From an uncultured Actinomycetes bacterium (GTDB taxonomy: Bacteria > Actinomycetota > UBA4738 > HRBIN12), in assembly GCA_963727185.1 (NCBI GenBank), contig CAVSFP010000006.1, forward strand, positions 346,005 to 410,004: a stretch of 64,000 nucleotides of DNA, written 5' to 3'. Both the position numbers and the translations under genes were made by a program. Below the pieces are notes generated by a model. That model saw nothing but the letters and a program-made list of their open reading frames with translations, made no database searches and was not told where the DNA came from. The first letter of the stretch is position 1, and every line of letters starts with the position of its first letter. Shown in pieces: positions 1 to 8,267 of the stretch.

Positions 1-515
1 CGAACTCGGCGGGCTGGAAGTGCAGCGGTCCGATCTCGACCCACAGGCGCGCGCCGTTGATCGTCTTTCCCGATGCCGGGCAGGATCGGAAGCAACAGCA
101 TCACGAGCCCGGCCAGTCCGATCGTGTACGTGTACGCGTCGAGCATCCGGTCGTCGCGGATGAGGACGAGCGTCAGCACGAACGCGACGAGCCCCACGCC
201 CACCCAGATGACCTGCTCGACGGCGAGGTCGGGCTGCAGCCGCCAGATCACCGCGAAGCCGAGCGAGGACAGGAGCGCCGCCGCAGGAAGCAGCACGGGA
301 TCCGCGCGACGTGCGAACGTCCGCACGGCGAGCCATGCGCCGAAGAACCCCGCTGCGATCAGCGAGCCGTAGAGCTCGATGCTCGGTGGCACCCGCCCGT
401 GCTTGCCGAGCCCGACCAGCGCGTACGCGCCGATGCCGGCGACGAGCGCCAGGAGCAGGAGCCAGATGCCGTTGGAGGCGCGCGGTGCCCGCTCGGCCGT
501 CGCAGTGCGGCTCAT
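1..515 (-). CDS. rodA: SEDS-family cell-cycle protein FtsW/RodA, N-terminal part (gene continues beyond window start)
   Basis: Minus-strand translation from ATG at 513-515 gives [41 protein letters not shown]...[29 protein letters not shown], typical SEDS N-terminus. ATGA overlap with upstream pstP stop. Conserved position in fhaA-fhaB-pstP-rodA cluster. Not in ORF track because truncated by window edge. Confidence 0.75.
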   Translation of the reverse strand, partial: [171 protein letters not shown]

Positions 516-1657
516 GGGCCCGCCGCCGCTGCCGCTGCAAGATCGCTCCGGATCTGCTCCACGACCGCCAACGCCTCCGTGCGATCGTTCGCCGTGATCC
601 CGTCGGCGAGCGCCGGGTATTGCGGCAGCTTCGCGACATCAGAGGCAGGGATATCCGTCTCGAGCGCCACGTGCGAGAACGTGAATCCGCCAACGGTCGC
701 AGGGATCCCCTGGAACACAGCGACCTTGCCATCGGCCTCGCCCACGTACCACTGCCGATCGATGTAGATACGAACAGCGAAGAAGACCGCCAGCGCCGCG
801 ACGACAACGACGCCGATCCGGATCCCCCATCGCTTGATGGACGCCGATGAGGGGCGGCGGCGTCGCTGCGGTCCGACTATTGCGGTGCTCGCCGCTTCGC
901 GGCTCCGCTCCTCAGGGTCGGCCCTCCGCGACGCCGCCGCCCCTCCGTCCGCTTCGTTGCCCTCGTGGATGTCGAGGATGACCACCGTGATGTTGTCGAT
1001 GCCGCCGGCGCGGTTGGCGGCTTTGATGAGCCGGTCGGCGGCGTCTTGGGGGTCCGGCGCGGCTTCGAGTATTGCTTGGATCTGAGGTTCGGTGACCATC
1101 CCTGTCAGACCGTCGCTGCACAGGAGCAGCCGGTCGCCGTCGATCAGCGGAACGTCCTCCACGTCGACGTCGACCTCGGGTTCGGTGCCGACGGAGCGGG
1201 TCAGGACGTTGCGGTGCGGGTGGGTGCCGGCTTCCAGCGGCGTGATCTCGCCTGCCTTCACCATGCGGTTCACCAGGGTGTGATCGTCCGTCAGTTGGCG
1301 GAGGGCGCCGGCTCGAAGCAGGTACGCGCGGCTGTCGCCGACGTGACCGAGGTGCGCGCCTTCGTCGTCGACCGTGGCGGCCGTGAGGGTCGTGCCCATC
1401 CCCGACACCTTCCGATCGGAGATCGAGCGTTCGAACACCGCGCGGTTCGCCGCGCGGATCAGCTCGGTGAGCGATCCCTTGCCGCTGCGGAACAGCTCCT
1501 CCATCTTGTCCAATGCCATGCTCGACGCGACGGCGCCGCCGCGGGCGCCGCCCATGCCGTCGGCCACGGCGTAGAGGGGCGGTTCCACCAGGTATGAATC
1601 CTCGTTGCGCTCGCGGACGCGCCCGATGTCCGTTGCCACCCCCACGACGACCCTCAT
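512..1657 (-). CDS. pstP: PP2C-family Ser/Thr protein phosphatase with C-terminal transmembrane anchor (PstP-like)
   Basis: ORF 512..2026; real start judged at internal ATG 1655-1657 (MRVVVGVATDIGRVRERNEDSY...AVADGMGGARGG...), PP2C signature motifs, C-terminal hydrophobic segment. Upstream 123 codons are Arg-rich and overlap fhaB. Confidence 0.85.
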   Translation of the reverse strand: MRVVVGVATDIGRVRERNEDSYLVEPPLYAVADGMGGARGGAVASSMALDKMEELFRSGKGSLTELIRAANRAVFERSISDRKVSGMGTTLTAATVDDEGAHLGHVGDSRAYLLRAGALRQLTDDHTLVNRMVKAGEITPLEAGTHPHRNVLTRSVGTEPEVDVDVEDVPLIDGDRLLLCSDGLTGMVTEPQIQAILEAAPDPQDAADRLIKAANRAGGIDNITVVILDIHEGNEADGGAAASRRADPEERSREAASTAIVGPQRRRRPSSASIKRWGIRIGVVVVAALAVFFAVRIYIDRQWYVGEADGKVAVFQGIPATVGGFTFSHVALETDIPASDVAKLPQYPALADGITANDRTEALAVVEQIRSDLAAAAAAGP

Positions 1658-2103
1658 CGACGGAGCTCCAGGACGGTCGTGCCCACGCGGATCTTGTCGC
1701 CGGGTTGCACCATGGCCGGGGCGGCGAGCTTCTGGTCGTTCACGAACGTGCCGTTCGTCGAACCCAGGTCTTCGACGTACCACGTGCCGTTCTTGCCGAA
1801 GATCCGCGCGTGTTGTGACGACGCGTACGTGTCCTCGATCATCAGCTCGCACTCGGGAGCGCGGCCGATCGTCAGGCTCGGCCCGATCTTGACCGTGCGC
1901 GCCTTGCCCTCCGGCGGATGCACGACGACCGACGACGGGCCTGTCGGCACAGGGACGGCGCCGCCTCCCTTGCGCGCCTTCCGTCCGGACGGCGCGGGTT
2001 CCACCGTGAGTCCGCGGACCGCCCAACGCATGGAACGCCAGACGAAAAGGAACAGCAACGCGAAGAGTCCGTACTTGAGCGCGGAGAGCGCGAACGGCGT
2101 CAC
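1654..2103 (-). CDS. fhaB: FHA-domain membrane protein (FhaB/FipA-like)
   Basis: N-terminal TM helix (ALKYGLFALLFLFVW) then FHA domain (GRAPECELMIEDTYASSQHARIF...EDLGSTNGTFVN). GTG start at 2101-2103 overlapping fhaA stop (GTGA). Stop overlaps pstP start. Confidence 0.75.
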   Translation of the reverse strand: MTPFALSALKYGLFALLFLFVWRSMRWAVRGLTVEPAPSGRKARKGGGAVPVPTGPSSVVVHPPEGKARTVKIGPSLTIGRAPECELMIEDTYASSQHARIFGKNGTWYVEDLGSTNGTFVNDQKLAAPAMVQPGDKIRVGTTVLELRR

Positions 2104-2789
2104 GCCGAGCCTGCCCGGAACTCCAACATCGTCGATCCGATCGTGATGCGGTCGCCGTCCGACAGCTGGCGGGTCTGGATCGTCTGTCCGTTCAGGCGCG
2201 TGCCGTTCGTGGAGCCCAGGTCGGTGAGGGTGTACGAGCCGTCCTTCTCTCGGATCTGGGCGTGCCGTCGGGAGGCGCCCTTGTCGGCGATCGTGACCTC
2301 GCACTCGGGCAGGCGTCCGATCGTGACGACGTCCGAGGCCAGCACGACGGAACGCGACTCACCGTCCTCATGGACGACCAGCGACGCTGCGGAGGCCGGG
2401 ACGGGCTCGACCTTCTCCTCGCCCTCGACGAGCGACGCCTTGCACCGGAACTCGCCTTTCTTCAGCCGAGCATCGGTCTCGAACGTGAACTCGGGAGGTC
2501 CGACCAACCCCCAGCCACGCTCGGAGGCGTTCTCACGGACGACCTCTTTCAGCTCCGCGACGAGAGCGGCCTCGGCCTGTTCGAAATGCTCCGCGTCGGA
2601 AGGTGACAACCGGAAGACGAACGCGTTCGGCGCCCAGACCTCGGAGACGCCGACGCTCCGCCCGGCATCCATCTCCTTGAGGACGCGCTTGGCCAGCTCG
2701 ACCGGCTGCAAGCCGCTGCGGAAGGTCTTGGCGAAGAGTCCCTCGACCAGACCACCGAGTCGTCGTTCGAATTCGCGGAGGATCGCCAC
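2100..2789 (-). CDS. fhaA: FhaA-like protein: N-terminal DUF3662-like domain plus C-terminal FHA domain
   Basis: MAILREFERRLGGLVEGLFAKTFRSG... N-terminus typical of FhaA/DUF3662. C-terminal FHA (TIGRLPECEVTIADKGASRRHAQI...DLGSTNGTRLNGQ). Confidence 0.8.
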   Translation of the reverse strand: MAILREFERRLGGLVEGLFAKTFRSGLQPVELAKRVLKEMDAGRSVGVSEVWAPNAFVFRLSPSDAEHFEQAEAALVAELKEVVRENASERGWGLVGPPEFTFETDARLKKGEFRCKASLVEGEEKVEPVPASAASLVVHEDGESRSVVLASDVVTIGRLPECEVTIADKGASRRHAQIREKDGSYTLTDLGSTNGTRLNGQTIQTRQLSDGDRITIGSTMLEFRAGSA

Positions 2790-2837
2790 GGGTCAACGTT
2801 TGCGCAGGTGGCAGGCCCTGCGCTTCCGCGAGCGATT

Positions 2838-3137
2838 CTACCCGTCGGTCTGTTGCGGCTCTGTTGCGACGTCCGGTCTCGTTCCGAAGAAGCCGTAACG
2901 CTCATCGGGCGTGAGTCGTTGCAGACGCCGCTCGCGCAAGCGGAACTCGAGATGGTGCGCGAGCACCAGCACCAGGACCGCGAGCAGGAAGCGGAGCGTG
3001 GCGGGACGGTTGACCTCCAGGTAGCCGCCGATCGTGCCGTACAGGCCGACGAGCGACCACGCGGCCAGGACTGCGAATGCGGCTCTCGTCAGGTCGTTGA
3101 GCAGTGTGTCGAGATCGGTGCGCCCCCTCGTTGTCAT
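2838..3137 (-). CDS. hypothetical small membrane protein (2 predicted TM helices)
   Basis: 99-aa ORF with two hydrophobic helices (AAFAVLAAWSLVGLYGTIGGY; LLAVLVLVLAHHL). No recognisable family. Confidence 0.4.
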   Translation of the reverse strand: MTTRGRTDLDTLLNDLTRAAFAVLAAWSLVGLYGTIGGYLEVNRPATLRFLLAVLVLVLAHHLEFRLRERRLQRLTPDERYGFFGTRPDVATEPQQTDG

Positions 3138-3296
3138 GCGACTTAGTCTTCCTGCGTCGCCCTTCGCGGTCTATCGGCTAGCTAGCCCCTTTCCCTCGGT
3201 CACCCCATCTGACTACGACGTGATGCCGTATGGGGTAGTTACCCCGATGCCTCAGCGGGTCCAGCGAACACGGCTTGTTACCATGAACGCCCCCAC

Positions 3297-3383
<87 letters not shown>

Positions 3384-3445
3384 CCTCTGACCTGCGAGGC
3401 GTCGGCCTCGCGGCATCCTGACGTGTTCGATCAGACCTCTGGAGG

Positions 3446-4270
3446 CTAGGGGATGAAGGCCATCACGCTCAGCGGCGATCCCGACCCATGCTTCAGCTGC
3501 AACGGCCCGAGCACGAGCGTCGCGCCCGTGGGCGGAAGCTGGTCCAGGTTCGCCATGCACTCGATCGCGATCTTGTGCGCCTGCGCGATCTGGGTGTTCG
3601 TCGCGTAGGACGTATCAAGTCCGGGATCAACGCCGTGGGTGTCGATCCCAACCCCGGAGATCTGCCGATCGGCAAGTAGCCAGCTCGTGGTCGCCCCGGC
3701 GAAGCCCGGGAAGTGAAGGTCGCCGCTCGCGTCCTGGTTGATGAACGCTTTGGGGTCGTTCCACTTGTCTTCCCACCCGGTGAACAGGATCACGAACGAG
3801 CCGGGCGCGATCTGACCATTCGCGGCCTCCCAGTTGAGGACGTCCTGCTTGGTGAGCCGAAAGTCGGGGTTCGTGGCGGCCTTGTCGCGCACGTCGATCA
3901 CAACGGCCGGGACGACGCGCTGCTCAGGCGAGTAGCTCGTGATGGCCTCAGTGTTTCCGATGATGAAGCTATCGGGCGCGTTCATATGCGTGGCGCTGTG
4001 TTCGCCGATCGTGAACTTGCGCAAGTAGTAGCCATCCTTGTTCATCGTGGCCACGACCTTGAACACGACGTGCGGATCGCCGGGCCACAGCGGGATCGAA
4101 GGATTGATGACGTGGCTGAGATCGACAACATGCGAGTAGGTGATGCTCTTCTCAGGAGAGGCCATCGCCGTTGACGGCGAGGTCGCGCTCGACGCGGGGG
4201 ATGCGGCGACAAGCGCGATGGTCACGAGACCGACGATGGTCACGGCAGCAAGCAACGCACGACGGAACAT
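3446..4270 (-). CDS. secreted putative cyclase-family hydrolase (kynurenine formamidase-like, PF04199-type)
   Basis: 274 aa, N-terminal signal peptide (MFRRALLAAVTIVGLVTIALVAASPASSA). Body resembles the cyclase/kynurenine formamidase family. Slightly lower GC than surroundings. Confidence 0.65.
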   Translation of the reverse strand: MFRRALLAAVTIVGLVTIALVAASPASSATSPSTAMASPEKSITYSHVVDLSHVINPSIPLWPGDPHVVFKVVATMNKDGYYLRKFTIGEHSATHMNAPDSFIIGNTEAITSYSPEQRVVPAVVIDVRDKAATNPDFRLTKQDVLNWEAANGQIAPGSFVILFTGWEDKWNDPKAFINQDASGDLHFPGFAGATTSWLLADRQISGVGIDTHGVDPGLDTSYATNTQIAQAHKIAIECMANLDQLPPTGATLVLGPLQLKHGSGSPLSVMAFIP

Positions 4271-4324
4271 GGGAGTCCCTCCTATCTCTTATGCGGTCGA
4301 TCCTACCCACCGTTCGTTCGATCC

Positions 4325-4372
4325 GGGCACCCGGGTTTGGGGGTTCAACCCCTCGCCCACCACCGCTGCCTG
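4325..4372 (+). repeat. direct repeat of the tRNA-Leu 3' end (candidate att site remnant)
   Basis: TTTGGGGGTTCAACCCCTCGCCCACCACCGCTG matches the tRNA 3' segment GGGGGTTCAACTCCCCCCTCGCCCACCACCTCTG at 3355-3388, brackets the cyclase gene. Confidence 0.5.
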
Positions 4373-4394
4373 TCCAGCTCCGTTCCAACGAGGT

Positions 4395-5612
4395 CTAGCA
4401 GTCGTTCGGAGCGGGTGTGCCGGCGAAACGGTCGGCGAGCCAGTTCTTCGTCTCCGCCCATCCCTTCCACACGATCGGGTCGTGCTCCAGCCCCGGATAC
4501 TCCGTGTACGCGACTACGTCGCCGACCGCACACATCCGGTGGACCTGTTTCCGGGACACCATGTGCAGGAGGTCGACCGTCCCCTGGAGGTAGAGGATCG
4601 GCGCGTCGGCGGGCCGCGTCCCGATCTGCGAGTCGGCGAAGTACTCCCGCACGTCGGGGTCGCTCGCCCATCCCGGCGCGAGGTTGCGGTGCACCCCGGG
4701 CCTCAGGTACTGGATGATCGCCGGGAACCACGTGTCGAAGCACCACTCTTCGGCGTACGACGAGAGCGGAAGCATCTGCGGCCCGAGGAAGTTGGCGTAG
4801 TCGAACCCCGGATGAGTGGCACCGATACCGGCGGCGATGTAGCCGATGTACGGGAAGTAGTCCGGATTGGCGGCCATCGGTTCGATCGTGCGCTTCAGCA
4901 TCGCCGCCGGGGCCAGCGCGACGGTTCCGACCATCTGAAGCTCGGGGGCGCGCGTGTCCGCGAGCTCGGCGGCACCCACCGCCGCCTGGCCACCCTGTGA
5001 ATGGCCGACCGCCGCCCACTCGGTGCTCACGGCTATGCCGACGTCTTGCACGATCTGGCGCGCCGCGCGCACAGCGTCGATCATCGCGAACGCCTCCGCA
5101 TCGGTGTTCAGGTAGGAGTGCAGACCCGGGGTGCCGAGCCCCTCGTAGTCGGGGGCGGTCACCACGTAGCCCTGGCGGACGAGGCGAGCGACCTCGTTCC
5201 CATACTGCGGCCAGGGGTCCGGATAGAGCGATGGGTACTTGGACGGCGCACAGGAATCGCCGATGCCCGACGTGCCGTGTCCCCACGCGACGACGGGCCA
5301 GCCGTCCGACGGGGGCGTGCCGTTCGGGATGAAGACCATGGTCACCTCGGCGACCGGATCTCCCGCGGACCCGTCGGATCGGTACATCACCCGATAGGCG
5401 CCCAGGTTCACGAACTTCGGCCCGAGATCAGTCTCGGACTCCCAGTGGATCACGTCGCCCGGCGCATACGGGGCGAGGTCGGCCGGTACGTTCGTGTAGA
5501 AGTCCGGCTCCGAGATCGGTCCGGCTTCAGCCGGCAGCTGCCCGGCTGCCGAAACGCCCGCCACGATGGACGCCGCGACGGCGGTGCGGAACCACGTCGA
5601 GAACCCACGCAT
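4395..5612 (-). CDS. secreted lipase/esterase, alpha/beta hydrolase (secretory lipase LIP family-like)
   Basis: Signal peptide from internal ATG (MRGFSTWFRTAVAASIVAGVSAAG). GHSQGG nucleophile elbow. ORF upstream extension (30 codons) judged spurious. Confidence 0.7.
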   Translation of the reverse strand: MRGFSTWFRTAVAASIVAGVSAAGQLPAEAGPISEPDFYTNVPADLAPYAPGDVIHWESETDLGPKFVNLGAYRVMYRSDGSAGDPVAEVTMVFIPNGTPPSDGWPVVAWGHGTSGIGDSCAPSKYPSLYPDPWPQYGNEVARLVRQGYVVTAPDYEGLGTPGLHSYLNTDAEAFAMIDAVRAARQIVQDVGIAVSTEWAAVGHSQGGQAAVGAAELADTRAPELQMVGTVALAPAAMLKRTIEPMAANPDYFPYIGYIAAGIGATHPGFDYANFLGPQMLPLSSYAEEWCFDTWFPAIIQYLRPGVHRNLAPGWASDPDVREYFADSQIGTRPADAPILYLQGTVDLLHMVSRKQVHRMCAVGDVVAYTEYPGLEHDPIVWKGWAETKNWLADRFAGTPAPNDC

Positions 5613-5670
5613 CACTCCGCTCCTTAGTTGATAGATTATCGGAGACGATAAAGAAAGAGTCCGGCGGTCG

Positions 5671-6243
5671 TCAACCGAGGGACGCGACAAGCTGGTGGGC
5701 ACACGCCTTGGCCGCCGACCCGCGGTCCGCCGGAAAGCCGACGTCGGCGAGCGAGCGGTGCATGCCGGCCAGGCAGAGGATGCCGTACGCCACGCGGCGG
5801 CGCTGCAGTGGATCGGCTCCCGGGTTGGAGGAGGCGAGCTCGGCGTCCAGGAGATGCTCGAGCTCCAAGTACATCTCCCGGAGTAGTCCCTGGAGGATGG
5901 GGTCTTCGGCGCTCGCTCCGAGCAAGGCGTCTACCGATCCGCTCGGCTCGTCCGTATCCTGCGAGAACAGGGCATCGAGGACGATCGGCAACCGCTGCGC
6001 CGAGTGGAGCCCCGTTCCGAGCCCCAGGAACCAGTCGACGTACATCGTGCGGATGTGCGCGACGAACGCACGGTCGACGTCCTCTCGGTTGCCGAGGTAG
6101 TGGCGCACGAGAGCACGCGTCACTCCAGCCTCCGCCGCGATCCGATCGAGTGTGCTGCCCTCGGGGCCGAACTTCACCAGACAGCGCGCGTAGGAGTCGA
6201 GGAGCTGAGGCTTACGGACATCTGCGAGTGAAGGTCGAGGCAC
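5671..6243 (-). CDS. TetR/AcrR family transcriptional regulator
   Basis: N-terminal HTH (STLDRIAAEAGVTRALVRHYLGNRE) typical of TetR. 190 aa. Confidence 0.8.
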   Translation of the reverse strand: MPRPSLADVRKPQLLDSYARCLVKFGPEGSTLDRIAAEAGVTRALVRHYLGNREDVDRAFVAHIRTMYVDWFLGLGTGLHSAQRLPIVLDALFSQDTDEPSGSVDALLGASAEDPILQGLLREMYLELEHLLDAELASSNPGADPLQRRRVAYGILCLAGMHRSLADVGFPADRGSAAKACAHQLVASLG

Positions 6244-6380
6244 CGTCGTTCCTTATCGTTTCCGACACACTATAACGCGTGACTTCGCGACGGCTTCCAT
6301 CCCGCTCTACCGTCCTCGAGCGGATCAACCCCGCTAGGGTTCTCTCAGAGACTCGCGTCGCTCGAGCAAGGAGGATCGAG

Positions 6381-6878
6381 ATGCGGAAGCAGGGTCGCAC
6401 ATGGGTCGGGATCATCCTCGCGGTCGTCGTCGTCCTTCCGATGGGCATCGCGTACGGGATCACGCGGTCGGCGTCCGTCCCGGGGACACGGGCCTCGTGC
6501 CTCGACTGGGCGAGCGTCACAGCGCCCGCGACCACGAGCTCCACGACGTGGACGAACGTGCCCGGGATGGTCGTGAAGGACACGTTGGCGCAGAACTTCG
6601 CCGTTCAGGTGAGCGGGACGTTCGAGGGCAGCCAGCCGCAGGTTCGCGTCACCGACGCGTCGATCGGAGGCACGAGCACCATGGACCCCGGTCAGACGAC
6701 GGTCGGTGTGGGCTCGTCCGCTACTGCGTTCTCCTTCACCTGGGTCGGGACGAGTCCGGCCGAGCACCAGCACACGTTCCGGCTGCAGTGGCGTTTGTCG
6801 TCGGCGGGAAGCAGCACGATGGATGCCGGAGACCTGACCGTCCTCTACCAAGGGGCCCCAACCCCGGCCACCTGCTGA
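6381..6878 (+). CDS. hypothetical exported protein (signal peptide/TM anchor, Thr/Ser-rich)
   Basis: ATG at 6381 preceded by AGGAGG RBS. MRKQGRTWVGIILAVVVVLPMGIAYG signal-like N-terminus. No family recognised. Confidence 0.5.
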   Translation: MRKQGRTWVGIILAVVVVLPMGIAYGITRSASVPGTRASCLDWASVTAPATTSSTTWTNVPGMVVKDTLAQNFAVQVSGTFEGSQPQVRVTDASIGGTSTMDPGQTTVGVGSSATAFSFTWVGTSPAEHQHTFRLQWRLSSAGSSTMDAGDLTVLYQGAPTPATC

Positions 6879-6969
6879 CCGGCGAGCCGGCGGTCTCGAT
6901 CGGATGCTCGCTCGTAGGGCTCCCGCCGCAGTCGACCTTTCAAGGGCTTGACCGCGTCCAGTAGCTTTC

Positions 6970-7791
6970 ATGACCATGGCGACGCGGATGACGAGCTCTC
7001 GAGCCATCGTCGCTTGCATCCTCTTGGGGCCGCTGTGCGTGATCGTGAGCCGCCCGGCTGCCATGTCGGGGCACGCCCGCACCGGCGCGCACGAAGATGC
7101 GCGCGCGATCACCCGAGCGCGTTCATCGCTGCGATCGTCGGGAGGAGGCCCACCGATCGTTCGACGGATGGTGCTCGGGCATTCCACGCAGGGGCGGCCC
7201 ATCATCGCGTTCCGTCTGGGGGATCCCGCGAGCGAGACGAAGATCCTAGTAGTGGGCTGCATCCACGGGAACGAATGCTCCGGAACCGCGATCGCTCGTG
7301 CGTTGATCGCCTCGCCGCCGGCCGGCATCGACCTGTGGGTGATCCGGAACCTGAACCCCGACGGGTTCCGCGCCGGCACTCGCCAGAACGGACGAGGCGT
7401 GGATCTGAACCGGAACTTCCCGTTCCGCTGGCGCCCGGTCGGTCGGCCGTGGGATAAGGAGTACTCCGGACCACACCCGCTCTCCGAACCCGAGGATCGG
7501 ATCGCGCGTCGCTTGATGGCGCGCGTGCACCCGAAGGTCAGCATCTGGTTCCATCAACCGCTCGGTCTCGTGGTTCGGTCGGCTGGTGACCTCACGATCC
7601 AGCGCCGGTTCGCACGGCGCGTCGGACTCCCCTTGGTCAGGCTGACGGGACGCTATCCGGGCAGCGTGACGAGCTGGCAGAACCATTGGCACCCCGAGGC
7701 GGCCGCCTTCGTCGTCGAACTCCCCAGCGGATCCCTTTCGTCGACTGCGGTCGACCGGTACGCCGATGCGATCGTGATGGCCGCGGCGTAG
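6970..7791 (+). CDS. M14-family zinc carboxypeptidase (murein peptide amidase MpaA / succinylglutamate desuccinylase-like)
   Basis: Motifs GCIHGNECSG (His/Glu Zn ligands), NLNPDGF, DLNRNFP, WFHQPLG typical of M14 peptidases. N-terminal hydrophobic signal. Confidence 0.7.
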   Translation: MTMATRMTSSRAIVACILLGPLCVIVSRPAAMSGHARTGAHEDARAITRARSSLRSSGGGPPIVRRMVLGHSTQGRPIIAFRLGDPASETKILVVGCIHGNECSGTAIARALIASPPAGIDLWVIRNLNPDGFRAGTRQNGRGVDLNRNFPFRWRPVGRPWDKEYSGPHPLSEPEDRIARRLMARVHPKVSIWFHQPLGLVVRSAGDLTIQRRFARRVGLPLVRLTGRYPGSVTSWQNHWHPEAAAFVVELPSGSLSSTAVDRYADAIVMAAA

Positions 7792-7816
7792 CCAGCAACG
7801 CGATGTGCCAGGTCGC

Positions 7817-8062
7817 TCAGGTGCTCGTTCCCTTCGTGCCTCGCCGCTGGTACGTCCCCTCGTAGGACTTCAGGCGTTCGTTCATAGCGTTGCGCGAGAT
7901 CCCCAGTCCGTGCGCAACCGCTGCCGGACCGACCTCTCGGACCCACGTCGCGAAGTTCGCTCGCAGGTCCTTGCGGCGCTGATCGGCCTCGGCGAGATCC
8001 GCGACCCACCGAGCGAGGGCTCGCTCCTCGTCCGCGGAGAGCTGGCTCTTAGGACGCGGCAT
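7817..8062 (-). CDS. small putative DNA-binding protein (81 aa)
   Basis: Internal ATG of ORF 7817..8260: MPRPKSQLSADEERALARWVADLAEADQRRKDLRANFATWVREVGPAAVAHGLGISRNAMNERLKSYEGT. HTH-like GLGISRNAMNERL. Divergent from the GGDEF gene. Confidence 0.4.
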   Translation of the reverse strand: MPRPKSQLSADEERALARWVADLAEADQRRKDLRANFATWVREVGPAAVAHGLGISRNAMNERLKSYEGTYQRRGTKGTST

Positions 8063-8267
8063 GACCTGATGGTATCTGGACCGCATCGTGCATCGGTTGA
8101 TGTTCGATTGAGCAACGTTCTTCTTGAAGCTCGGACATGGGTGCGGGTTCTGCCTGGGAGAAGGTCGTATCGCCGGCCGCGCTGGTGTATCCTCAGAGCA
8201 ACAGCTCGCTGAACGACGTGCAGCCCCAGCACTTGGCTGCGACGTGGGCGGCCCCAGCACTTGGCCG

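Noticed and set aside
57-850. Several plus-strand ORFs (57..767, 311..850, 73..372)
   Set aside because: Antisense/out-of-frame to rodA and pstP. Arg-rich. Conserved genes on the minus strand explain the region.
4345-5286. 313-aa minus ORF and 4140..5000 plus ORF
   Set aside because: Alternative frames of the lipase gene region. Arg/Gly-rich.
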